Below are positions 1-8,052 of a DNA stretch of 24,941 bases, one piece after another. How positions within the stretch are numbered: the stretch's first letter is position 1; each line of letters opens with the position of its first letter. The stretch lies in the UHGV virus genome UHGV-0019275; one strand, written 5' to 3'. The notes beneath the pieces are model-generated. The model made no database searches. It saw only the letters and a program-made list of their open reading frames with translations, and was not told the origin of the DNA. Both the position numbers and the translations under genes were made by a program. The stretch is from a virus.

Positions 1-15
1 GTTGGTTTGGGAGAA
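1..15. repeat. Left crossover site of invertible segment (partial, cut by window edge)
   Basis: Positions 4-15 GGTTTGGGAGAA are identical to the right half-site of the 1855-1880 site read on the opposite strand; central TT at 2-3. Confidence 0.5.
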
Positions 16-510
16 GGCTCTGCATTACCGGTTGGGGTGCCTGTTCCGTGGCCTTCAGCCACTCCGCCAACAGGCTGGCTGAAATGCAATGGTGCGGCTT
101 TTTCTGCTGAAGAATACCCGGAACTGGCAAAGGCTTACCCGACCAATAAATTGCCTGATTTACGCGGTGAATTTATTCGTGGCTGGGATGACGGTCGCGG
201 GATTGATTCTGGTCGTACTTTGCTTAATTGGCAGCCACACACAATTTTGGACCATGCACACTATATGGAATTATGGACAGGGGACGGACTCGCCGCAGGA
301 AGTGCACGGGAAGGAGTAAATCCAGGAATACTGGCTACATACGGTGACGGGGGAATAGTTAAAACAGACGAACCTGGTCTTAAGGTGCCTTCCTCACTAC
401 GAGCTATTAGCTCCCGTAGTGTAAAACGTTTTGGTGAAATTAGTGGAAAGGTAGGTACAGAAACTCGTCCTCGTAACATCGCTTTTAATTATATTGTGAG
501 GGCCGCATGA
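1..510 (+). CDS. Alternative tail-fiber C-terminal variable segment (promoterless, silent in this orientation; would fuse to H after inversion)
   Basis: Frame 1 is open from position 1 (VGLGEGSALPVGVPVPW...); contains a phage tail-collar-like motif (LPDLRGEFIRGWDDGRGIDSGR); stop at 508-510 overlaps the next ATG. Confidence 0.7.
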   Translation, partial: VGLGEGSALPVGVPVPWPSATPPTGWLKCNGAAFSAEEYPELAKAYPTNKLPDLRGEFIRGWDDGRGIDSGRTLLNWQPHTILDHAHYMELWTGDGLAAGSAREGVNPGILATYGDGGIVKTDEPGLKVPSSLRAISSRSVKRFGEISGKVGTETRPRNIAFNYIVRAA

Positions 511-1112
511 TGAATAAAGCTGTATTAAATAGCGAACTCATTGCCATAAAAGTGGGAGATATTACCGTTTATAATTATGATGGTGAAACGCGGGAATATA
601 TTTCTACATCAACTGAATATCTCGCTGTCGGCGTCGGTATCCCGGCATGTTCCTGTCTGGATGCACCAGGTACACATAAAGCTGGTTATGCAATCTGTCG
701 CTCTGTAGATTTAAATTCATGGGAATATGTGCCAGACCATCGCGGTGAAGTTGTCTATAGTACCGAAACGGGAGATACCAAAGAAATCACAGTTCCGGGT
801 GATTACCCTGAAAATACAACCACTATCGCCCCGTTAACGCCATACGATAAATGGGATGGTGAGAAATGGGTGACGGATACCGAGGCACAGCATAGCGCCG
901 TAGTAGATGCAGCAGAAGCACAGCGCCAGTCGCTGATTGATACAGCAATGGCTTCTATCAGTCTGATTCAACTGAAATTACAGGCCGGACGGAATCTGAC
1001 GCAGGCAGAAACCGCCCGACTTAACGCTGCGCTGGATTACATTGACGCGGTGACGGCAACAGATACCAGCACCGCACCGGATGTCATCTGGCCTGAACTG
1101 CCGGAGGCGTAG
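507..1112 (+). CDS. Tail fiber assembly protein (alternative copy)
   Basis: 201 aa; C-terminus (LNAALDYIDAVTATDTSTAPDVIWPELP) is typical of the Tfa/gpG family and parallels the minus-strand copy; ATGA overlap with the upstream fiber segment. Confidence 0.8.
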   Translation: MMNKAVLNSELIAIKVGDITVYNYDGETREYISTSTEYLAVGVGIPACSCLDAPGTHKAGYAICRSVDLNSWEYVPDHRGEVVYSTETGDTKEITVPGDYPENTTTIAPLTPYDKWDGEKWVTDTEAQHSAVVDAAEAQRQSLIDTAMASISLIQLKLQAGRNLTQAETARLNAALDYIDAVTATDTSTAPDVIWPELPEA

Positions 1113-1503
1113 GCCATTCAATATCTGGAGCACTGGAGGGATCAACCAGTTCCAGTGCGTCCAGATAATCCAGCCATAAATTATATTGTGCCAGTTCCTC
1201 ACCTTTCAGGCGACCAATCGCCGCTTTACCTGGCCATTGTCTGCTGTTCATGTGCTCGTTGGCTTCATTAATAAGTTTTCTTTTTTTCAAATCCGCCAAT
1301 GCAATAAGGTTTTCTTTTGATAAAGGTGGTTGCTCTGTCAAAACCGGATATCCCTCCTGATTGCTGACTATTTTCATGCCATTATCCTGACCATCCAGTA
1401 GTAACAGCCATTCATCCGTGGTTATCTCAACAGCATCTGAAGGTGCTTTATTTAAATCGGTAAAAAAACCATTTTCTTTTTGTGAATAGAAGTATCTATC
1501 CAT
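1084..1503 (-). CDS. G: Tail fiber assembly protein (copy expressed with current H)
   Basis: 139 aa; C-terminal motif NLWLDYLDALELVDPSSAPDIEWP; immediately downstream of H; converges on and overlaps the + strand copy by 29 bp. Confidence 0.8.
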   Translation of the reverse strand: MDRYFYSQKENGFFTDLNKAPSDAVEITTDEWLLLLDGQDNGMKIVSNQEGYPVLTEQPPLSKENLIALADLKKRKLINEANEHMNSRQWPGKAAIGRLKGEELAQYNLWLDYLDALELVDPSSAPDIEWPTPPAVQAR

Positions 1504-1506
1504 TTA

Positions 1507-2475
1507 TTAATCTCCAAAAGCAATCCAGTAAGCAAAAGGATTTATTCCTTGCTCAGTCACAGATGACATCAGGGAAAATTGCGATGGTGAAACAGGTAAC
1601 GCTGCAAAACTAACCATTGTTGACACACCTGACCGTGCATTATCGTACGATGCAACAACACAATAATTGGTATTGCTGAAAGATATCGGCAGGGTGATAT
1701 TTACAGGTGAGCCTAATGGTCCTGATGCTGATATTCCCATTTGAATGATGGTTCCATCAGGCAATTTTCTCCAGCGATTAGAACTCGGATTTCTTTTCCA
1801 GGCTGACATATCCGGTATCTGATTTTCTCCTGTGCCCACATCCCTTTTCGCCGCTTCTCCCAAACCAAGGTTTTTAAGAACGTCGCCGGCCAGTCCCGCG
1901 TCAACCATTTCTTTCAGAGCATTAGCGATTAACGGGTACTGCTTGTGTGGATTGGCGGCCTCAACATGTTTTTTCATCAGGTCATCAGCATATCCTTTCA
2001 CCTCGATAATCTTGCCGTCGACATACTGGCGCGTTGCCAGCACGACTGCCGGGTCGATTTTCAGGGTGATTGCCGATGTGCTCGACACAATCAGAATCAT
2101 GCGAATGGTCTGCGTGCGACCGCTTCCCTCCTGCAGTTGTGGCTTGTAGGTCTCCGGACAGTTCGCCACGGCAATCAGAATACCATCATCGTCATAGAGA
2201 CCAATCTCGCGGATCCAGAAACCACCTTCATTCTCGGGAATAATCTGTTCCGCGATAATCTGACTGGTATTGGCCGGGTCAACGGTCAGCAGGTTCAGCG
2301 GCGCGATGCGTTTCTGGTTAATGAGCTTCGTCTGCGCCGTGTCAGGGGTCGGCAACGTACCATTCGCATCACCGACGGCCATCTGCGTCAGGTTGAGTTT
2401 GGTACCGAGTGCCGCCGCGTTCGCCAGCCGCGCCGCGCCCTGATTGGTCAGAATGGCAAAATATTTTGCGGTCAT
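1507..2475 (-). CDS. H: Tail fiber protein H (constant N-terminus plus currently selected variable C-terminus)
   Basis: 322 aa; N-terminus (MAVGD...LPTPD...GGFW.RE.GLYDD.G.LIAVAN...YKP.L.EGSG) matches the P2 gpH N-terminal domain as I remember it; ATG at 2475 overlaps the stop of I. Confidence 0.9.
   Translation of the reverse strand: MTAKYFAILTNQGAARLANAAALGTKLNLTQMAVGDANGTLPTPDTAQTKLINQKRIAPLNLLTVDPANTSQIIAEQIIPENEGGFWIREIGLYDDDGILIAVANCPETYKPQLQEGSGRTQTIRMILIVSSTSAITLKIDPAVVLATRQYVDGKIIEVKGYADDLMKKHVEAANPHKQYPLIANALKEMVDAGLAGDVLKNLGLGEAAKRDVGTGENQIPDMSAWKRNPSSNRWRKLPDGTIIQMGISASGPLGSPVNITLPISFSNTNYCVVASYDNARSGVSTMVSFAALPVSPSQFSLMSSVTEQGINPFAYWIAFGD
1855..1880. repeat. Right crossover site, hix/gix/cix-like 26-bp site inside gene H
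   Basis: Minus-strand reading TTCTTAAAAACC-TT-GGTTTGGGAGAA closely resembles my recollection of hixL (TTCTTGAAAACC-AA-GGTTTTTGATAA); it lies at codons about 199-207 of H, the constant/variable junction. Confidence 0.6.
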
Positions 2476-3080
2476 GCGTTCACTCTCAGGTTATCAATCA
2501 AATGGATGGCCGAGGCCGGGTAATATTCACCGCCGACGACAATCTCCTCGGGGGTGTAGGGGTAAACAGTCAGCGCGTCGCCGTGATAGCATCCCGCGCC
2601 GACATACAGTTCGCCGGTCGAGCTCAGACTGATAGCCAGCCCGGTCAGGTGGCGACTTGCCGGTTTGGCGTCTTCAATCAGGCGCTCAAGCTCCTGATAC
2701 ATTTCGTCAGTAATGCCGCTATCGAGCACGCCGACAACGAGGCGGAATGTGCCTGGCTCCTCGTTGAGCTGCCACCACTCGCGCACTTCAATCAGAAAGC
2801 CGAGCGGCTCAACCACCCGACGCAATGCGCTGATGGTGCCTTTGTGCTGATGGACGAAAAACGAGGACGCGCAGACGCTACGCTTTGTCGCCTCCGGCCA
2901 TTTCTCATCCCACCTGTCGACCGACAGCGCCCACGCCAGATACGGCAGCAGTTTTACCGGGCAGGTGCGCCAGTTCCACAGAGTGCGCAGCGGTACCGGC
3001 ACACGCTGAATCTCAGAGAGCGCGGCAGCGGCGGCAACCTCCAGCGGCGACGAGCCAACGGGTAATAGCCGGTCACTCAT
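2472..3080 (-). CDS. I: Baseplate assembly protein I
   Basis: 202 aa, MSDRLLPVGSSPLEVAAA...WDEKWPEATKR, strong resemblance to P2 gpI; overlaps J and H. Confidence 0.9.
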   Translation of the reverse strand: MSDRLLPVGSSPLEVAAAAALSEIQRVPVPLRTLWNWRTCPVKLLPYLAWALSVDRWDEKWPEATKRSVCASSFFVHQHKGTISALRRVVEPLGFLIEVREWWQLNEEPGTFRLVVGVLDSGITDEMYQELERLIEDAKPASRHLTGLAISLSSTGELYVGAGCYHGDALTVYPYTPEEIVVGGEYYPASAIHLIDNLRVNA

Positions 3081-3981
3081 CCGAGCCCCCGATAGTTATC
3101 TGGTACTCAGTACAATTCGACGCCTGCGACTTACTCAGCACAATGTCGGCCTGCGGTGATGCCAGTTCGACACGCTGCACCCCCTCAACATGCAGCGCCG
3201 CGTAAATGGCCGACAGACGGATATCACGCCCGAGGCGGTGCTGCGCGCTGATGTAACTCTGCAGCTTTTGTTCTGATGCCTGCCTGATGGGCTCAGACTC
3301 GGGGCCGGGGTAAACGTAGAGCGTCGCGTCAATCTGGTACGGCACAATCTCGGCTGACTGGACGGTCACCCGGTCAGCCACCGGGCGCACATCTTCGGCA
3401 TTCAGCGCTTTATCAACAATCGCCAGTAAATCAGGGCTGGCGGTGCCGTCGCCCTCACGTGATAGCACAGTAATCGTCACGCAGGCTGGCGACGGACTGG
3501 CGACCGAAACGTCAGCGACCCGCCCGTCGGCACTGCGACCATGATACTCATATGCTCCGACCGGCCCCGCCACACTCAAGCCCTCAAACGCTTGTTGCGT
3601 GCGCAGTCGCAGGTCAGTATCTGATTCCATAACGGCAGGCGTCGGCGGGATGGTAGTGTCATCCGCCGGGGTGATGGTCAGGCGCTCGGTATTGTTGTTC
3701 CCGGCCACGACGTCGAGATCGTTACCGGCAGAATAGGCCAGCGTTACCGCCTGCGCGGCTTCGTTCACCCGCTGACGCCAGATAATTTCACGGTAGGCGT
3801 TTTCCTGCAGCAGCTTAACAATCGGCTCTGACTCAAGTGCGAGCGTCCGGGCAATGGCCTCCTGCTGGTCTTCGGGATAGAGCGAAATCAGTATCGCTTT
3901 GCGTTCCGCAAGGATGGTTTCATAGTCCAGTTCCTCAACTACATCGGGAACGGGTAACTGACTCAGGTCAACGGTTGCCAT
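3073..3981 (-). CDS. J: Baseplate assembly protein J
   Basis: 302 aa; position and sequence as P2 gpJ; ATG at 3981. Confidence 0.9.
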   Translation of the reverse strand: MATVDLSQLPVPDVVEELDYETILAERKAILISLYPEDQQEAIARTLALESEPIVKLLQENAYREIIWRQRVNEAAQAVTLAYSAGNDLDVVAGNNNTERLTITPADDTTIPPTPAVMESDTDLRLRTQQAFEGLSVAGPVGAYEYHGRSADGRVADVSVASPSPACVTITVLSREGDGTASPDLLAIVDKALNAEDVRPVADRVTVQSAEIVPYQIDATLYVYPGPESEPIRQASEQKLQSYISAQHRLGRDIRLSAIYAALHVEGVQRVELASPQADIVLSKSQASNCTEYQITIGGSDE

Positions 3982-3987
3982 AGTGAT

Positions 3988-4335
3988 TTAACTCAGTGAA
4001 ACAGTGGTTGAAACTGACGCACCGGTATCGGTACGCATCCCGGTAATATCGACATACATTTCGCCAGCGTCGCCGGTCTCAAAGCTGATGGCGGTAAGCC
4101 TGATGCGCGGTTCCCACTTCTGGATAGCCGAATAGCACGCCACCATAATTTGCAGCCTGAGCGCCGGGTTTTGCGGCATATCAATCAGCGCCGACAGAAG
4201 CGAGCCATATTCTCGACGCATTACCCGCGAACCGACCGGCGTCAGCAGAATATCGCGCATGCTCTGGCTGATATGCTCGGTATCGCTGATGCCGAGGCCG
4301 GTATTTCGGTTCATACCCTGATAGCGCGCCGTCAT
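3988..4335 (-). CDS. W: Baseplate assembly protein W (gp25/GPW family)
   Basis: 115 aa, MTARYQGMNR...HISQSMRDILLTPVGSRVMRREYGS, like P2 gpW. Confidence 0.9.
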   Translation of the reverse strand: MTARYQGMNRNTGLGISDTEHISQSMRDILLTPVGSRVMRREYGSLLSALIDMPQNPALRLQIMVACYSAIQKWEPRIRLTAISFETGDAGEMYVDITGMRTDTGASVSTTVSLS

Positions 4336-4967
4336 AACGGTGTCCCCGTTTGCCCGCCGCTGTCCCCCGGGTGTTTATGGGTGTGGAGTACCTTGCCATT
4401 AGACGACAGTGACCCGCCGGTATGTTCGATATTGCCGCTCATCTTGCCGCCTTTTTGTACCTCAAGCGTCGCTGTCGTCAGCTTATTGGTGCAAATCACC
4501 TCCGGGGTGTCGAGGGTGATACTGGTCGAGGCTTTCACCAGTACCAGCGGTACGGTTGCAGTGATGGACTCCGATGCCGTCACGTCGGCCGTTTTGATAC
4601 CGCTGACCGTCAGCGCGCCGGTCTCGGGCTCGTACTCAATGACCGCACCATCAGGGAAAGCCACATGCCACGCATCCGCCGAGGCAGACGGGGCGGGGTT
4701 ATCGTCGGAGAAAATACCCGGCAGCACGAAAGCGGTATCAAGCTCGCCACCGATTGCCAGCAGCAGAACCTGCTCACCGACCGAGGGAGCCCACCACGTC
4801 CGCGAACGACCGGCGCGGGTGGTCAGCCAGTTCAGCCATGTAGTCTGGATCCCGCCGCTTTGTACGCGGCACAGCCCCTGCACGGTATCAACCTCAGTCA
4901 CCACACCTGAGCGGATGAGGTTGCGAATCGCACGCGCGAGCTCCTGTATCGTGGATAACGTATTCAT
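4332..4967 (-). CDS. V: Baseplate spike protein V
   Basis: 211 aa; P2 gpV-like; overlaps W by 4 nt. Confidence 0.9.
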   Translation of the reverse strand: MNTLSTIQELARAIRNLIRSGVVTEVDTVQGLCRVQSGGIQTTWLNWLTTRAGRSRTWWAPSVGEQVLLLAIGGELDTAFVLPGIFSDDNPAPSASADAWHVAFPDGAVIEYEPETGALTVSGIKTADVTASESITATVPLVLVKASTSITLDTPEVICTNKLTTATLEVQKGGKMSGNIEHTGGSLSSNGKVLHTHKHPGDSGGQTGTPL

Positions 4968-5035
4968 AGTGCAAGGATGCCTCTGGTCTGGAGTCGCGCC
5001 AATTCGCGCGGCTCCGGTGGTGGTTCACACAATAT

Positions 5036-5485
5036 TTATTTGCCGAGATGCCTGATAATGACGTCTTCAATCATCTGCTCATCGTCGCGGGTGAAACCGA
5101 GTAACGGGCGCGCCTCGTACTGCACATCCCGGCTGTTGCGGTTTGGTCTGTCTTTGAGCCCGTACTGATGCACCCGCGCCATGCGCTGCACCTTGCCGGT
5201 AAACTCCACCACCGCCGCACTGTCGCTGCCTTTGGCTTTCATAAAGCGACTGGTGCGCAGTTTGGCGAACATTTCACGTTTAATCCGACCTTTCTTGCTC
5301 CTCACCGGCTGGCGCTTTCGTGCCGCATACGGGGTGCCGTCTGGTGCCTGCTGGCGCTTGATACGCTGTTGCTGACTGGTACGCAGCTTTTTCGCAATCT
5401 CAGCCGCCATTTGCCGACGCGCCGCCGGTGACAGGCTGGCAATCAGACCGGCAAGGCGTTCCTGCAGTGCGGTTAACTCACTCAT
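5036..5485 (-). CDS. S: Tail completion / virion morphogenesis protein S
   Basis: 149 aa, MSELTALQERLAGLIASLSPAARRQMAAEIAKKLR, near-identical start to P2 gpS as I remember it. Confidence 0.9.
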   Translation of the reverse strand: MSELTALQERLAGLIASLSPAARRQMAAEIAKKLRTSQQQRIKRQQAPDGTPYAARKRQPVRSKKGRIKREMFAKLRTSRFMKAKGSDSAAVVEFTGKVQRMARVHQYGLKDRPNRNSRDVQYEARPLLGFTRDDEQMIEDVIIRHLGK

Positions 5486-5954
5486 CCCACTTACTCACCA
5501 GTTCGCCGTTAACGTACAGCTCGACCGGGCGCGTCACCGGCTCAGGCAGCGGCGGCTCAGGGGCATAGCTGACATGCAGCGCGCCGTCGACCTCTTTGAC
5601 GAGCGTGCGCTCGGTGAGCCTCAGGCTGATACTGATATCGAGCGAATCGTCGTTATTGATATCAATAATCCAGGTGAATCCTTTTTCCCGCCCGTCGTCG
5701 GTGGTCATAATGTCCGGCTGATGTTCACGCAGCCACGCCTGCACCGGCACGAATATCAAATCAAGGTCACCGGTGAAGTCGGTCACCACCACGTTAAGCA
5801 CGTACACCTTTTCAAACGACAGCGAGCTCGCCAGTCTGGAATCGGTATGGCCGTTGTCGGCAAAAAGGCGCAGCATATCGGGGTTGTTTCGGAGCTGCGG
5901 CACGGCGTTAATCAGCGCTTTGCGCAGGCTTTTGTGCTTCTGCATCGAGTTCAT
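5478..5954 (-). CDS. R: Tail completion protein R
   Basis: 158 aa; P2 gpR-like (NPDMLRLF.DNG...SLSFEK...DIMTTD...ELY.NGELVSKWDE). Confidence 0.9.
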   Translation of the reverse strand: MNSMQKHKSLRKALINAVPQLRNNPDMLRLFADNGHTDSRLASSLSFEKVYVLNVVVTDFTGDLDLIFVPVQAWLREHQPDIMTTDDGREKGFTWIIDINNDDSLDISISLRLTERTLVKEVDGALHVSYAPEPPLPEPVTRPVELYVNGELVSKWDE

Positions 5955-6198
5955 CCTGACAGTGTTTGACGGTTTTGACCTGTAGCGCGCAGGCGATCAG
6001 TGCGCCCTCAAGGCGGCGGATATCTGCGCTCAGGTCACCATTGGTTTTCGGGTCACTTCCCGGCATCGGGCAAAGGCTCACTCTCGGGCATCCGTTGACC
6101 ACAATCACCGGCGCTGGCGCAGGCGGTGCGGATGTGCAACCGACGCACAACATCAGGTAAAGCAGCGTTATACCAGCGGCGAAAGGCTTCATTTTCAT
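5908..6198 (-). CDS. lysC: Rz1-like outer-membrane spanin lipoprotein (LysC), nested out of frame in lysB and overlapping R
   Basis: 96 aa; N-terminal hydrophobic segment ending in Cys (LMLCVGCTS) followed by a Pro-rich stretch SAPPAPAP; begins inside lysB and extends into R, as in the P2 arrangement. Confidence 0.55.
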   Translation of the reverse strand: MKMKPFAAGITLLYLMLCVGCTSAPPAPAPVIVVNGCPRVSLCPMPGSDPKTNGDLSADIRRLEGALIACALQVKTVKHCQDELDAEAQKPAQSAD

Positions 6199-6466
6199 TA
6201 AGTAACCTCGTTATTGATTGCTCGCGGCGGCTGGCTTCCTCGCTGGCCTTTGCGAGCTGTTCACGCAGTGCCACCTGCGCAGATTCATTACGTCTGGCAA
6301 GCTGACCGGCAACACTGAGCTGATTTTTCAGCATGCCAATCGTCGTCTTTTGTTCGCTCGCGACGCGGTTTGCTGTCTCAAAGGAGCGGGATAAATTGCT
6401 GTTCTCATGGCGCAACCACAACATCCCGAGCACAGTCAGCACCAGAAGTGTAATCAGGATTTTCAT
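6053..6466 (-). CDS. lysB: Rz-like inner-membrane spanin (LysB)
   Basis: Start chosen at ATG 6466 (MKILITLLVLTVLGMLWL, an N-terminal TM helix), which forms an ATGA overlap with the lysozyme stop; coiled-coil-like remainder. Confidence 0.7.
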   Translation of the reverse strand: MKILITLLVLTVLGMLWLRHENSNLSRSFETANRVASEQKTTIGMLKNQLSVAGQLARRNESAQVALREQLAKASEEASRREQSITRLLNENEAFRRWYNAALPDVVRRLHIRTACASAGDCGQRMPESEPLPDAGK

Positions 6467-6960
6467 TCCATTACCCCGCCAGCGGTGCGCCATACGGTGA
6501 CCAGTTTGTCGAGGCTGTGCTCACGTTGGCCGTAACCGGCACCCGGTAACGACGCCCAGATATTGCGGCACCGTGAAATTGCCCGCTCAATACGCCCCGC
6601 CTTAATATCCTCAATGGCACCGCGTTCGCGGATTAACTGAATCGCAAGTTTGTCCTGCGACAACGGGCTGAAATCAGGCAATGCGAGTTGTTTCTGATAA
6701 TGCGGCCAGTAGAGATAAAGCTGCTGGTAACGCCCTGATGCCGTGGATTTTTCGCCGCGTCGATTAAACACTTTCGCTGGTCTGCCATGTGCGAAAGGGT
6801 GGTCGGTGTAGTCGGTGAAAATTTCCGGCTTGCCATCAAGGCCAGTGACAATGACGTCGTAACCACGATTTTTCGTCAGCGGATGCGTCGCCGTCCCTTC
6901 GGAATAGGCCAGCATGTCCAGAAATGCGGCGATATTCTGGTGAGTATTAATGATCGGCAT
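6463..6960 (-). CDS. K: Endolysin (lysozyme), P2 gpK-like
   Basis: Start set at internal ATG 6960 (MPIINTHQNIAAFLDMLAYSEGTA...), giving about 165 aa; the longer ORF-track version would run through the holin gene. Confidence 0.85.
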   Translation of the reverse strand: MPIINTHQNIAAFLDMLAYSEGTATHPLTKNRGYDVIVTGLDGKPEIFTDYTDHPFAHGRPAKVFNRRGEKSTASGRYQQLYLYWPHYQKQLALPDFSPLSQDKLAIQLIRERGAIEDIKAGRIERAISRCRNIWASLPGAGYGQREHSLDKLVTVWRTAGGVME

Positions 6961-7243
6961 CGCTATCCCCCTGTTGTGACTTAAAGCGGCGCTGAATGGC
7001 GATTTCCACCACCTGATAACCTGCAATGCCGAGCATGGATCCAATCCCACAAACGGCAGGCAGTGACATATCTGGAAACTGCACCAGAACAACACCGGCG
7101 ACCATTGAAACAAAACCGCCGAGCAGCATGCGGCCGATAAACAGGCGCGGGGTAATGGGCTCACCACCCGCCAGCACTTTTCCGACAACAATCATCACGC
7201 CAATCACAAACAGTGACAGGACGCCTTTTTCCCCTTCTGTCAT
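6947..7243 (-). CDS. Y: Holin, P2 gpY-like
   Basis: 98 aa with hydrophobic helices (LSLFVIGVMIVVGKVLAGG; LLGGFVSMVAGVVLV) and a charged C-terminus; sits between X and K. Confidence 0.75.
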   Translation of the reverse strand: MTEGEKGVLSLFVIGVMIVVGKVLAGGEPITPRLFIGRMLLGGFVSMVAGVVLVQFPDMSLPAVCGIGSMLGIAGYQVVEIAIQRRFKSQQGDSDADH

Positions 7244-7246
7244 GGT

Positions 7247-7450
7247 TTACTCCCAAAGGTTGATAGTTTCTGTTACGGGTGACGATGCCACGTCGGGCAG
7301 GTCAATCGCCGTGCCATGCGGCAGAATGACGCCCAGCTCAGACAGACCGGGATTAGCCTGCAGCACCGTCTCGACCACGCCCTCAGTGCGCCCGTAATAC
7401 CGGGCGCAAAGCGCGTCGAGGGTGTCACCCTGCATCGCGTAGACTTTCAT
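7247..7450 (-). CDS. X: Tail protein X (LysM-like)
   Basis: Start at ATG 7450 (MKVYAMQGDTLDALCARYYGRTEGVVETVL...), 67 aa, matching P2 gpX length and sequence; ATGA overlap with the stop of L. Confidence 0.85.
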   Translation of the reverse strand: MKVYAMQGDTLDALCARYYGRTEGVVETVLQANPGLSELGVILPHGTAIDLPDVASSPVTETINLWE

Positions 7451-7959
7451 CAGAGCTGACCCACGATGCAGCGCGGCTTGTCCTGCAGACGCGAGACCGA
7501 CCAGCGCATATCCCGCCACAGGTCATCAATGGTGGTTTCGACGCTGTCGGCTTTTTTGTCACCCTTACCCGTGGCCTCAACCCCGCGATAACGCTCATAC
7601 AGGGTGGCGGTCGCCATCGCCGTCACGGCGCTGAGGTAGTGGAAAACGCGCACATTCTCGCCGTCGATTTCCTCGGCGTCAGGCACGTCGGCCAGTGTCT
7701 TAAACCCTGCGGCAATCTGGCGCAGCCGGTAGTCGTAAAGCTCCGCATTGGTTTCCGCCATGCCGGTCTTGATGGCGTTGCGCAGGCGCGCATCGGAAAC
7801 CGTCTGCTCAAGGCGCATCAGTTCGCGCACCCGCTTCGGATCCACATCAGGGAAAAAGAACGTGTTTTTAATCACTGCGTCGCCCGTCTCCGGTGCGGGA
7901 ATCACCACGCCCGGTACGTCCTGCGGTTCGTCGGGCTGATTCAGTATTACTGTCGTCAT
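7450..7959 (-). CDS. L: Head completion/stabilization protein L
   Basis: 169 aa; P2 gpL-like; position between M and X. Confidence 0.9.
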   Translation of the reverse strand: MTTVILNQPDEPQDVPGVVIPAPETGDAVIKNTFFFPDVDPKRVRELMRLEQTVSDARLRNAIKTGMAETNAELYDYRLRQIAAGFKTLADVPDAEEIDGENVRVFHYLSAVTAMATATLYERYRGVEATGKGDKKADSVETTIDDLWRDMRWSVSRLQDKPRCIVGQL

Positions 7960-8052
7960 GACAACCTCATTAGGTTGGGCGGTGGACGCCGGTCGCCGTC
8001 AGGGTCAAAACCTGCTTTGACCGGCGTGCCGCCCGGCTCGGGGAGCGTTCAG

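Larger units (their letters stand above)
1..1880. other. Invertible tail-fiber host-range segment (Mu G-segment / e14 P-segment type)
   Basis: Convergent pairs of tail-fiber C-terminus plus tail-fiber-assembly genes on opposite strands, bounded by inverted copies of a hix-like site; both fiber reading frames pass through the shared motif GLGE at the crossover. Confidence 0.6.

Noticed and set aside
2409-3065. 218-aa + strand ORF opposite gene I (and the similar 1945-2523 and 2885-3205 ORFs)
   Set aside because: Overlap recognised tail genes on the other strand; composition atypical for proteins.
4150-5055. 301-aa + strand ORF antisense to W/V/S
   Set aside because: Antisense to conserved baseplate genes; Ser/Pro/Arg-rich, no start context; artefact of high GC.
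6961-7191. N-terminal extension of the lysozyme ORF (track start 7191)
   Set aside because: Extension overlaps the holin gene in another frame and is Cys/Trp-rich; internal ATG 6960 gives a P2 K-sized product.
7451-7519. N-terminal extension of gene X (track start 7519)
   Set aside because: Internal ATG 7450 gives the canonical 67-aa X protein with an ATGA overlap to L; the extension overlaps the L coding region.
7960-8052. Hairpin GGTCAAA-acctgc-TTTGACC between M and L as a terminator
   Set aside because: No U-tract on the coding (minus) strand and it lies within a continuous late operon; probably incidental.
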